From the NCBI GenBank assembly GCA_902604535.1, contig CACKZK010000004.1, positions 14,620 through 78,619 on the forward strand: 64,000 bases of DNA, written 5' to 3'. Shown one piece after another: positions 32,991 to 41,505 of the stretch (position 1 is its first letter; the number at the start of each line of letters is the position of its first letter). The notes under the pieces are model-generated. The model did no database searches and was not told the origin of the DNA. It worked only from the letters and a program-made list of their open reading frames with translations. Made by a program: the position numbers and the translations under genes. The stretch is from an uncultured SAR86 cluster bacterium. GTDB lineage: Bacteria > Pseudomonadota > Gammaproteobacteria > Magnimaribacterales > AG-339-G14.

Positions 32991-34151
32991 ATGATGAAAG
33001 AAGTTAAAATTGGCTGTTCTGCTAGTCATCAAAAATATGGCAAAAGGCTCGATACTTCAATAATTGAATTGCCGTGTGATACAAATATATCAGGGTTATT
33101 TACTTCAAATAAATTTCCTGCAGCCCCGGTATTGGTTGCAAAAAAGAATTTAAAAAACCTTGATAAGAAAAAGAAAACTGCATTATTTATAAACGCAGGA
33201 AATGCAAATGCCGCAACAGGGCCTGGGGGATTAAAAGATATAGACAAGATGTTTACTGATTACAAAGATATAAATATTCTGCCCTTCTCAACCGGAGTTA
33301 TTGGTGAAAGGCTAGACCTTCAAAAGTATGGAAAATCTTTTTCTTTTGCCTATGAAAATCTTGGTAAAAGTAAATGGAACAATTTTGCTACTTCAATAAT
33401 GACAACAGATAAAAAAGAAAAAATAATAAAAAAAAGTATCAATATAAAAGGCAAGACTATAAATTTTATTGGCATCGCTAAGGGTTCTGCAATGATTGAA
33501 CCTAACATGGCGACAATGTTGTCCTTTGTATTTACTGACGTAAAGATAAGCAATTTGAAGTTAGACAAAATCCATAAATTAGCCTGCGAAGATTCTTTTA
33601 ATTCAATAACTATTGATGGAGATCAATCAACAAATGACTCTTCTTTGCTTGTCGCTACTGGATCATCACTAATTTCATTGTCGAAAGCTAATGAAAGTAA
33701 GATTGTGAAAACTATTCAAGAAATTTTTTATTCCTTGGCAGAGAAAATAGTACTAGATGCTGAAGGAGCGACAAAGCTAATTTCGATCACCGTTAAAGGA
33801 CTCAAGACTGAGAGTGATTGCAAAACAATTGCTAAAAATATTGCTAATTCTCTGTTAGTAAAAACAGCTGCTTTCGGAGAAGACCCAAACTGGGGAAGAA
33901 TCTTAATGGCGGTAGGTAATACCAATATTAATTTTGATGAGAAAAAATTTAATCTAAAGCTTGGAAAGCTCCAAGTATTTAAAAATGGAAAGCTCGGCTC
34001 AAATTATTCAGATAAATTAGGGTTAAAAGAATTTAAAAAGAAAAAAATAGACATAAACATTAAGTTGGGTGAAAGCGATAAGATAAGCAAAGTTCTTACA
34101 TCGGATTTATCTAAAGATTATGTAAGCATGAATGCAGACTATAGATCCTGA
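32991..34151 (+). CDS. argJ: Bifunctional glutamate N-acetyltransferase / amino-acid acetyltransferase
   Basis: 386 aa. Autoprocessing-site context PNMATMLSFVFTDV. C-terminus ...NADYRS. secA-argJ adjacency as in Pseudomonas. Confidence 0.92.
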   Translation: MMKEVKIGCSASHQKYGKRLDTSIIELPCDTNISGLFTSNKFPAAPVLVAKKNLKNLDKKKKTALFINAGNANAATGPGGLKDIDKMFTDYKDINILPFSTGVIGERLDLQKYGKSFSFAYENLGKSKWNNFATSIMTTDKKEKIIKKSINIKGKTINFIGIAKGSAMIEPNMATMLSFVFTDVKISNLKLDKIHKLACEDSFNSITIDGDQSTNDSSLLVATGSSLISLSKANESKIVKTIQEIFYSLAEKIVLDAEGATKLISITVKGLKTESDCKTIAKNIANSLLVKTAAFGEDPNWGRILMAVGNTNINFDEKKFNLKLGKLQVFKNGKLGSNYSDKLGLKEFKKKKIDINIKLGESDKISKVLTSDLSKDYVSMNADYRS

Positions 34152-34683
34152 TTATTTTTTTATTACTCCTCAAGTAATTCCAGAAAATTACTTAGAATTA
34201 TTGGAATCAATCAAAATTAAAAAAGAATTGCTTTTGCTGAGATGTTTGGACAACTTTGAACTCAATAAAAATTTAAAAACATTTTTAACAATAAAAAATA
34301 AATATCAAACTAAGCTGATTTTGAGTTCTAGACACTTAAATATCTCCGAACGGTTTGATGGCATTCACTACAATTCAGCGGATCTTATGAGTTTAAAGAA
34401 CTTAAAAAATTCTCAATATTACTTAGGTGCATCCTGTCATAACAAGGATGAGATAAATAAAGCAAATCAACTAAAGTTAGATTATGTTTTTATCTCACCA
34501 ATCAAAAAAACAAAAAGTCATCAGGAAGCTTCTTCTCTGGGTTGGAAAAAATTTAAGGAATTAAGATCACTAACCAAAATAAAGACTTATGCTCTTGGAG
34601 GAATAAGAATTTCTGACTTACACGAGGCAAAAAAACATTCTGCTGATGGAATAGCAGGTATTTCTTCTTTTATGGGTCAATAA
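34132..34683 (+). CDS. Thiamine-phosphate synthase (ThiE/TenI)-like domain protein
   Basis: 183 aa. YFFIT, GIHYN, GASCHN, DYVFISPIKKTKSH and ALGGI...ADGIAGISSF parallel the TMP-TENI fold motifs. Overlaps argJ by 20 nt and yacG by 14 nt. Confidence 0.6.
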   Translation: MQTIDPDYFFITPQVIPENYLELLESIKIKKELLLLRCLDNFELNKNLKTFLTIKNKYQTKLILSSRHLNISERFDGIHYNSADLMSLKNLKNSQYYLGASCHNKDEINKANQLKLDYVFISPIKKTKSHQEASSLGWKKFKELRSLTKIKTYALGGIRISDLHEAKKHSADGIAGISSFMGQ

Positions 34684-34843
34684 ATAGATCATCCTCATCT
34701 ATAATTGGTCTAGAAATCTTGTGTTTCTCAAAAAACCAATCGCCTAAGTCTATAGCCTGACATTTTTCGCTGCAAAATGGTCTATGGTTTGAATCTTTAT
34801 CAACAGAATACATTTTTCTGCATCGAGGGCATTTTTTCTTCAT
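34670..34843 (-). CDS. yacG: DNA gyrase inhibitor YacG (zinc-ribbon protein), 57 aa
   Basis: Not in the ORF track (<60 aa). Hand translation gives MKKKCPRCRKMYSVDKDSNHRPFCSEKCQAIDLGDWFFEKHKISRPIIDEDDLFIDP. It has the YacG pattern CPxC...PFCSxxCxxIDLGxW. Its ATG overlaps the coaE stop (ATGA at 34840-34843). Confidence 0.8.
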   Translation of the reverse strand: MKKKCPRCRKMYSVDKDSNHRPFCSEKCQAIDLGDWFFEKHKISRPIIDEDDLFIDP

Positions 34844-35436
34844 TTACTTATTTCTCTTTCCAAGTCTTCATGAAATTTTTTAACTTTCTCTTCCAATTCC
34901 TGCAAAGATCCATCATTTAAAATAATGATATCTGCAAGTTCATTCCTGCTTTTTCTATCTATCTGGGAGTCAATAATTAATTTAACCTGATCAGGTTCAA
35001 CATTATCCCTTTTAGAAGTTCTGTCAATTTGTCTATCCTCGCTTGTATCGACAACTATTGTTTTAGAGCATAAGTCTTTTTGATTTGTTTCAAACAATAA
35101 AGGAGATACTAAGATTGCATAACTAGAACTTGCACTAGTCAAATCATCAATGAGTATTTGATGAATAAGCGGATGAAGAAGATTTTCTAACCAGTCTTTT
35201 GCAGAATTGTCGTTGAATATTATCTCTCTAAGCTTTCTTCGATCTAATTCTCCCTCAGAAGTAAGAATATTAGCTCCAAATTTTTCAGCAATTTTTTTTA
35301 ATGCTGGTTCTCCTTTCATCACCGGTTGCCTTGAAGCAACATCTGCATCCACAACTTTAACACCCAAGCCTTCAAAGATCTTTGTGACGGCTGATTTTCC
35401 TGATCCAATTCCTCCTGTTAAACCTACTACTATCAT
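34840..35436 (-). CDS. coaE: Dephospho-CoA kinase
   Basis: 198 aa. MIVVGLTGGIGSGKSAV P-loop. coaE-yacG neighbourhood as in enterics. Confidence 0.92.
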   Translation of the reverse strand: MIVVGLTGGIGSGKSAVTKIFEGLGVKVVDADVASRQPVMKGEPALKKIAEKFGANILTSEGELDRRKLREIIFNDNSAKDWLENLLHPLIHQILIDDLTSASSSYAILVSPLLFETNQKDLCSKTIVVDTSEDRQIDRTSKRDNVEPDQVKLIIDSQIDRKSRNELADIIILNDGSLQELEEKVKKFHEDLEREISK

Positions 35437-35500
35437 AAAAATTATTTTTCTGGATAATGATTATATTCCATGAACGGATAAATAATTCAACTGGGGGAAT

Positions 35501-36766
35501 ATGAATCCATATAGGTTACTTTTCTTTTTGACGCTTCTGAATCTTTTAAATTTTGTAGACCGTCAACTGATTGCAAGTTTTGCAAATTTTATTGTTCCTG
35601 ACCTTGGCTTAACTGATTGGCAGTACGGTATTTTGACTGGATTAGCTTTTGTCTTTTTTTACTCGATCATGGGATTGTTCATGGGAACACTGGCAGATAA
35701 GTACAATAGACCAAGACTAATTGGTTTTGGAGTTCTACTATGGAGTGTTTTTACTGCGCTCACAGGGGCTGCCAAAGGATTTATCAGCATGGCTATTCCC
35801 AGAGCCTTTATTGGAGTTGGAGAATCAATCTTAACGCCGACATCTATGTCGATGCTTTCAGATAGCTTTCCAGCAAATAGGATGGGTTTTGCTGCAGGAG
35901 TCTACTATATGGGTGTTCCTATCGGAGTTGGCATAAGCCTTCTTATAGTAGGTTTTCTTGGTGAACCCTTGGGATGGAGAAATTGTTTTTACATTTTGGG
36001 GGGTATAGGAGCAGTTTTGGGGATCGTCGCATTTTTCTTTAAAGATCGTCCTAGAAAACACCTTATCGATAATCCAGATGAGGTTAATCTCTCATTTTTA
36101 GAAATAGTTTCTACTTTAAGGCAAGCTTTGACCTCTTCCAACGCATTAATCTTAACTATTGCCGGAGGAGTTCTTTATCATGTGGCGCTTGGAGCAGCAG
36201 TTTTTGAACAACTTTGGTACGCCCAAGAAAGAGGTTTCGAGAGATCAGAAATTGCCCAACTTACAGGAATCATTGGGGTAGTTGCAGGTCTAGCTGGAAA
36301 CTTATTTGGTGGTTTGATGAGTGACTGGTGGTTAAGAACTTTCAATCAAGGACGTCCTATGTTTCTTTTTTGGCTTACACTTTTGCTATTGCCTCTTGGA
36401 ATTATTTATAGATTTGTAGAGCCGAATACTTTTATTTTTTGGCTGGGAGTTGTTATCGGTTATTTCCAACTTGGATGTTTTTACGGTCCAACCTTTTCAA
36501 CCGTTCAGGAGCTTGTTCCTCCTAAAATAAGGGCTACTGTAGTAGCATTTTATATATTATGTCTTAACCTAATAGGTCTTACTTTTGGATCTTTAGGGGG
36601 TGGAATCTTCACTGATATTTTAAGATCATTTGATGTGATAGAACCTTATACAATAATGTTAGTTACTTTTTCTTTAATCGCTGGATTAGCTATACCCTGT
36701 TATTATTTTGGTGGCAAAATTTATGAATCAGATAGAAAAAGACTTTTGGAAAAATTTAACAATTGA
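35501..36766 (+). CDS. MFS transporter (Spinster-like)
   Basis: 421 aa, about 12 hydrophobic segments. LADKYNRPRLIG loop motif. ATG preceded by ctGGGGGaat. Confidence 0.8.
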   Translation: MNPYRLLFFLTLLNLLNFVDRQLIASFANFIVPDLGLTDWQYGILTGLAFVFFYSIMGLFMGTLADKYNRPRLIGFGVLLWSVFTALTGAAKGFISMAIPRAFIGVGESILTPTSMSMLSDSFPANRMGFAAGVYYMGVPIGVGISLLIVGFLGEPLGWRNCFYILGGIGAVLGIVAFFFKDRPRKHLIDNPDEVNLSFLEIVSTLRQALTSSNALILTIAGGVLYHVALGAAVFEQLWYAQERGFERSEIAQLTGIIGVVAGLAGNLFGGLMSDWWLRTFNQGRPMFLFWLTLLLLPLGIIYRFVEPNTFIFWLGVVIGYFQLGCFYGPTFSTVQELVPPKIRATVVAFYILCLNLIGLTFGSLGGGIFTDILRSFDVIEPYTIMLVTFSLIAGLAIPCYYFGGKIYESDRKRLLEKFNN

Positions 36767-37917
36767 AATTACAAGATTGTCATAACATTAGCGATTTAAG
36801 AAAAGCTGCTGAAAAAAGATTACCGGCAGCAATGTTCCATTACATCGATGGTGCTGCTGGAGATGAATGGACCATAAAACACAACACAAATTCCTTTGAA
36901 CAATATGAAGTAATTCCTAATTATTTAGTTGATGTAGATAATATTGATACTTCAACTAAAGTTCTTGGAACTGAGATTGATTGGCCTTACATATGCTCAC
37001 CTACAGGGTATCATAGATTGTTTCATCACGAAGGAGAGATAGCAGCCGCAAATGCTGCAAGTGATATGGGTACGATTTTTTGTTTGTCTACCCTCTCAAC
37101 TACTACTATAGAAGAGGTTGCAGAAAAATCTAAAGGTCCGAAAGTTTTTCAAATTTATGTTCTTAAAGACAGAAGCATTTCAGTTGAATACATTGAGAGA
37201 TGTAAAGCTGCTAATTACGATGCTCTATGCTTGACTATCGATGTCCCTGTTAACGGGAGACGAGAAAGAGATCTCCGAACAGGCATGACGGTGCCACCAA
37301 AATTAACCTTGAAGTCTTACCTTAATATTGCCAGTAAATTTGATTGGACATTAAATTATCTTACTCATCCCCCCACACCTTCCATGGTTAATATTGAGCA
37401 CAGGTTGAAAGATGCAGCTAACGATATTTCCGTGATGGATTTTATGAACAGTCAGTTTGATAGAACCGTCACTTGGAAAGATGCAGAGTGGATGATAGGT
37501 CAATGGGATAAGGCTTTTGCGGTCAAAGGAATTTTATCTGTAGAAGATGCTAAACGAGCAAAGGATATTGGTGCTTCAGCAATAATGATTTCAAATCATG
37601 GAGGAAGACAATTAGATGGATGCCCAGCGCCATTTGAAATGTTAAAAGAAATTAGAGATGCCGTTGGAGACTCTATTGAAATTATAGTTGATGGGGGCAT
37701 CAGAAGAGGAATTCATGTCATAAAGGCCCTTGCCATGGGAGCTAATGCTTGCATGGGTGGTAGACCTTACCTTTATGGACTATCAGTAGGAGGATACAAA
37801 GGTGCTAAATATGCATTAGAACTTTTAAAAGATGAAGTTGAACAGAGCATGATACTCACAGGAGTTAAAAACGTTAATGAATTAAATAGATCTTTTTTAA
37901 GAAGGCCTGGAGACTGA
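36763..37917 (+). CDS. FMN-dependent alpha-hydroxy-acid dehydrogenase/oxidase family (LldD/glycolate-oxidase-like)
   Basis: 384 aa. RLPAAMFHYIDGAAGDE N-terminus and SNHGGRQLDG active-site motif. TTG start overlapping the MFS stop (TTGA at 36763-36766). There is no in-frame ATG upstream of the conserved N-terminus. Confidence 0.85.
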   Translation: MKLQDCHNISDLRKAAEKRLPAAMFHYIDGAAGDEWTIKHNTNSFEQYEVIPNYLVDVDNIDTSTKVLGTEIDWPYICSPTGYHRLFHHEGEIAAANAASDMGTIFCLSTLSTTTIEEVAEKSKGPKVFQIYVLKDRSISVEYIERCKAANYDALCLTIDVPVNGRRERDLRTGMTVPPKLTLKSYLNIASKFDWTLNYLTHPPTPSMVNIEHRLKDAANDISVMDFMNSQFDRTVTWKDAEWMIGQWDKAFAVKGILSVEDAKRAKDIGASAIMISNHGGRQLDGCPAPFEMLKEIRDAVGDSIEIIVDGGIRRGIHVIKALAMGANACMGGRPYLYGLSVGGYKGAKYALELLKDEVEQSMILTGVKNVNELNRSFLRRPGD

Positions 37918-37970
37918 GGATTAAATTACTGATTATTTTAGCTTTATTAAAGTTTAATAGCCAAAGTGTT

Positions 37971-39875
37971 CTACTGTGAAACGATAGAGCTTGTAACTTT
38001 TCTTCCTTGAAATGACCAAATTTTTCTGAGTATTTTGATAATGAATAATCTAATAGTTTTATCAAAAAAGGAGATTTTTTCTTTGGTATCTTTGGCCTCT
38101 GATATTTGCTTCCCTCTTACGACTTGGCCTGGGAGAGTTCCTGTTGCTTGGCCATTCTCATAAACAACCTCACCACTTTTAATAGTCGTTAAATAACCAA
38201 AAGATTCCTGAACAAGCCTTTTCCCTCCTTTTGGTAGATCAAAGATCATTTTTGGAAGAGAAACATTTAATTTTTCAAAATCAATGATATTGATGTCTGC
38301 AATCATTCCAGCTTTTATCTCTCCCCTATCAAACAGTCCATAAGTTTCAGCAGTATCTTTTGTTTGTTTCCTAATGATGAGTTCTAAAGGAATCTTATTG
38401 CCTGCAGATCTATCTCTTGCCCAATGAGATAAATTTGTTGTGGGCATGCTTGCGTCACAAATAAGACCGCAATGCGCTCCCCCATCACTCCCACCAGCTA
38501 CAGACGATTTTAGTTTGTAGAATGTTTCAACGAACTTAAGTTTATGATTTTCATAAGGAGTGAAACATGCATAAATTAAACTTTTACCATCATCTTTTAT
38601 CAATTCGTCATAAATGACTTCTTCTTCTGACTGATTTCTCTGCTCAGCTAAGTAAGCAATACTATCTTCTCTTGTTGGTTCGTAATTAGGAGGATCACTT
38701 AAAATAAATTGGGTTTCATAATTAGAAATTAGTTTTTTGCCTATTTCTGCTTCTGCTTTAATTTCTTCTTTAGTCTTATTAGATTTTTGTTCTTGAGCAG
38801 CTTTTTGCAAATCATCTTTAAAACTCGGCGACTCATTTAAGATTTTTTGCTTAAAAGAAGGATCTCTCATGATTGAGAGTCTCTCGTTCAAGGAAAGATG
38901 AGAAATTTCTTTGTAGGAAGGATGACCTATAAAAGGATGCAAAGAACTTTCTAGACCAAACATAAGTCCAACATTTCTTCCTGGGAACTGAGGTCGAACA
39001 TTTTTACCTTTAAGAAACTGTTCTTCACAATAAAGAATTGTTTTAACGGAGTCACCATTTGTTTGAAGTAAAGTTAAACCGCAATCAGACTTTTCAACGT
39101 ATTCTTTCATCCATGACATTTCTATTTCTTGGTCCAGCCAATCAGATACAATTTCTAAAGTACCCTCACCTGCACGATCCACTGCAAAAGCAAGTTCTTT
39201 CATTTCTTCTGAGCTTGCTTCTGTTCCAGGCACATAAACACCATAAACGTCCCTGTGTAAGATAGTTCTTGATGTGCTGAATCCTAGTGCACCAGCATTA
39301 ATAGCTTCTTCAACTATTTCTGACATTTGGTTAATTTCATCTTTAGATGCATCAACTTGGTTTTGACATCTGTCGTAGCCCATAACATAGCTTCTTACCG
39401 GTCCATGCCCAATCATAAATCCTAAATCCATAACAAATTCTTTCCTTTCAATTGCATCAAGAAATTCAGGGAAAGTTTCCCACTCCCAATCAATACCTTC
39501 ATGCAGTGCAGTACCTGGAATGTCTTCAACACCTTCCATAAGTTGAATAAGGAAATTTTCATCACCGGGTTTCACGGGTGCAAAGCCAACTCCGCAATTT
39601 CCCATAACAACTGTGGTTACTCCATGCCAGCTCGAGGGAGTTAAATAAGGATCCCAACAAACCTGACCATCATAATGTGTATGAATATCTACCCATCCAG
39701 GAGAAACAAGGTTTCCATCAGCGTCAATTTCTTTTTTACCGGAGTTAATGACCTCACCGACTTTGGTGATTTTTCCCTCATCAATTGCAATATCTCCAAG
39801 AAAAGGTTTTTTCCCTGATCCATCAACTATATTGCCGTTTCTAATAACTACATCATGTATGTGCATCTCTCTCAT
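37971..39875 (-). CDS. N-acyl-D-amino-acid deacylase (D-aminoacylase) family amidohydrolase
   Basis: 634 aa. DVVIRNGNIVDGSG...GDIAIDEGKITKVG...DADGNLVSPGWVDIHTHYDGQ is the family N-terminal pattern. There is a ~45-aa basic/hydrophobic C-terminal tail. Confidence 0.8.
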   Translation of the reverse strand: MREMHIHDVVIRNGNIVDGSGKKPFLGDIAIDEGKITKVGEVINSGKKEIDADGNLVSPGWVDIHTHYDGQVCWDPYLTPSSWHGVTTVVMGNCGVGFAPVKPGDENFLIQLMEGVEDIPGTALHEGIDWEWETFPEFLDAIERKEFVMDLGFMIGHGPVRSYVMGYDRCQNQVDASKDEINQMSEIVEEAINAGALGFSTSRTILHRDVYGVYVPGTEASSEEMKELAFAVDRAGEGTLEIVSDWLDQEIEMSWMKEYVEKSDCGLTLLQTNGDSVKTILYCEEQFLKGKNVRPQFPGRNVGLMFGLESSLHPFIGHPSYKEISHLSLNERLSIMRDPSFKQKILNESPSFKDDLQKAAQEQKSNKTKEEIKAEAEIGKKLISNYETQFILSDPPNYEPTREDSIAYLAEQRNQSEEEVIYDELIKDDGKSLIYACFTPYENHKLKFVETFYKLKSSVAGGSDGGAHCGLICDASMPTTNLSHWARDRSAGNKIPLELIIRKQTKDTAETYGLFDRGEIKAGMIADINIIDFEKLNVSLPKMIFDLPKGGKRLVQESFGYLTTIKSGEVVYENGQATGTLPGQVVRGKQISEAKDTKEKISFFDKTIRLFIIKILRKIWSFQGRKVTSSIVSQ

Positions 39876-39917
39876 GAACTTATTATGTATCTGTAATGAG
39901 GAAAATTGAAGTGTTTT

Positions 39918-39993
39918 TGGTGGAGCCAGGCGGGATCGAACCGCCGACCTCCTGCGTGCAAAGCAGGCGCTCTCCCAGCTGAGCTATGGCCCC
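39918..39993 (-). tRNA. tRNA-Ala (anticodon TGC)
   Basis: 76 nt: GGGGCCATAGCTCAGCTGGGAGAGCGCCTGCTTTGCACGCAGGAGGTCGGCGGTTCGATCCCGCCTGGCTCCACCA. The G3:U70 identity pair is present, and the anticodon arm is CCTGC-TTTGCAC-GCAGG. Confidence 0.95.
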
Positions 39994-40040
39994 AGAAGAA
40001 GGGGTAGATTAGAGAAAGATGTAAGAAATGTCTAACTTTT

Positions 40041-40715
40041 TTAAGCAGGCAATGCATTAGAGATAGCTTTTAGAAGCGGTCTCTGGTGTGCTTGCTTAGT
40101 TTTTAAATAATGAGGATGGCCTAAAGTAGCTAAATCTTCTGCCTTCTCCATTATTCTTTTTTCAAAATCTGAAGGTGATACTATTTCATCGAGTAGTCCG
40201 GCCTCAATACACTTATCAAAAGGATAAGGATCAGCATGATAAAGCACAGAATAAACATGCTTTTTATCTATTCTGCTTTCAGCAACTTCCATAATAGGAG
40301 AGGGAATATCCATGTTATTTCTAACTTCGTTTGCCTGAGCGACAAATTTTCCTTCAAGTGCAATCCTATAGTCCCCGCAACATACTATAAAGAGGCCCAT
40401 TGCGATAGTGTGTCCAGTTACAGCCATAATCACAGGTCTAGGGAAAGTATATAAGTCGTGCATTGTTTTCATTCCCATCTCAACCATTTTTTTGGATTTT
40501 TCTGCATCTTCACCTTGAATAGTTTTTAGATCAAAGCCTGCGGAGAATATTCCTTCTCTACCTCTTACGATCAATGCACCTTTATCTTTTGGCACTTCTG
40601 CTAAGCATTGCTGAATAGACTCAAGCATTTCTAACGAGCAAACGTTAACTTTTCCATCATCTAAAACTATCGTTGAGATGTCACCATCAGTACTTAAAGT
40701 TGCTATCTCTGTCAT
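40041..40715 (-). CDS. Enoyl-CoA hydratase/isomerase (crotonase) family protein
   Basis: 224 aa. ALIVRGREGIFSAGFDLK oxyanion-hole motif region. Confidence 0.75.
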   Translation of the reverse strand: MTEIATLSTDGDISTIVLDDGKVNVCSLEMLESIQQCLAEVPKDKGALIVRGREGIFSAGFDLKTIQGEDAEKSKKMVEMGMKTMHDLYTFPRPVIMAVTGHTIAMGLFIVCCGDYRIALEGKFVAQANEVRNNMDIPSPIMEVAESRIDKKHVYSVLYHADPYPFDKCIEAGLLDEIVSPSDFEKRIMEKAEDLATLGHPHYLKTKQAHQRPLLKAISNALPA

Positions 40716-40729
40716 AATTTCTCCTAAAT

Positions 40730-41311
40730 TTATATTAAATCACAAGCCTCGGCAGGCATCCAATGTGCATCTTTACCATCCCATTTTATATTGCAACCGA
40801 TCGGATTGGTAATAGGCGTAGTAATTTTTTTATTTCCTAAGTGTTCATCAATGGCAGTTTCAAGATCGTTCTGAGAAGCTAAGGAGGGATTTCTTGGATT
40901 ATCTATTGACCTGCCAGTATAAATAAGCTCTCTACTCTGATTGAATAAAAAAAAGTGAGGTGTTTTCAACGCTCCAAATGTTTGCGCTATCTCTTGTGTT
41001 GAATCATAAAGATAATCCCAAGGAAAATTGAATTCTTTCATTCTGTTTTGCATATTTTCAAAGCTATCCTCTTCATAGGTATTAGGACTATTAGAGTTGA
41101 TACAAACAAATTTGATACCTTTTCCTAAGTACTTTTCAGCACTTATTCTAGTAGCTTCATCAGATCCGATGACGTAAGGGCAATGATTGCAAGTAAATGA
41201 AATGACTAATAATTCATAAGATGCGTAATTGGAAAGACTATAAAATTTTTCGTCAGTTGCTAAAAGATTAAAATCTGGCGCGTCTTGTCCAATTTCTAAA
41301 GTATAAGCCAT
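40730..41311 (-). CDS. Thioredoxin-fold (AhpC/TSA-redoxin-like) protein with CNHC motif
   Basis: The track ORF starts at TTG 41335. The ATG at 41311 gives MAYTLEIGQDAPDFNL, a typical redoxin N-terminus. FTCNHCPYV motif. Confidence 0.75.
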   Translation of the reverse strand: MAYTLEIGQDAPDFNLLATDEKFYSLSNYASYELLVISFTCNHCPYVIGSDEATRISAEKYLGKGIKFVCINSNSPNTYEEDSFENMQNRMKEFNFPWDYLYDSTQEIAQTFGALKTPHFFLFNQSRELIYTGRSIDNPRNPSLASQNDLETAIDEHLGNKKITTPITNPIGCNIKWDGKDAHWMPAEACDLI

Positions 41312-41318
41312 GATCGAA

Positions 41319-41347
41319 ATTCTACTGTTCTGCAATAATTAGATCAA
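41319..41347 (-). promoter_or_regulatory. Candidate sigma70 promoter immediately upstream of the thioredoxin-fold gene
   Basis: Minus strand TTGATC (41347-41342), then the 17-nt spacer taattattgcagaacag, then TAGAAT (41324-41319), then 7 nt (ttcgatc), then the ATG at 41311. No SD. Confidence 0.4.
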
Positions 41348-41376
41348 TTTTGAATAAAAAAGATTTATAGATATTT

Positions 41377-41453
<77 letters not shown>

Positions 41454-41505
41454 ATATGAAATGGAATGCAACCTTAGCAAGCTATTATCAATAAATAAAG
41501 TTAAA

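Noticed and set aside
37918-37970. The 53-nt gap between the convergent alpha-hydroxyacid dehydrogenase and amidohydrolase genes, examined for a bidirectional terminator.
   Set aside because: Only a trivial AT palindrome (CTTTA-t-TAAAG) is present, with a loop too small to form. No GC-rich stem.
37971-38110. C-terminal ~45-aa tail of the D-aminoacylase-family protein (...KEKISFFDKTIRLFIIKILRKIWSFQGRKVTSSIVSQ), considered as a membrane anchor or a frameshift artefact.
   Set aside because: I cannot distinguish a genuine amphipathic tail from read-through after loss of an ancestral stop without homolog alignments. No frameshift signature is visible.
39872-40057. 61-aa ORF spanning tRNA-Ala (MHCLLKKVRHF...GRAPALHAGGRRFDPAW...).
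   Set aside because: Its central part is simply the translation of the tRNA-Ala gene, and the tRNA cloverleaf is far better supported. The same reasoning applies to 22984-23211, which runs through tRNA-Trp and antisense to tuf.
41454-41505. Flanks of tRNA-Ile and tRNA-Ala (also 39994-40040), searched for 16S 3'-end or 23S 5'-end relics such as GATCACCTCCTTA.
   Set aside because: Nothing rRNA-like is recognisable. The flanks are ordinary AT-rich spacer, so a former rrn operon at this site remains pure inference.
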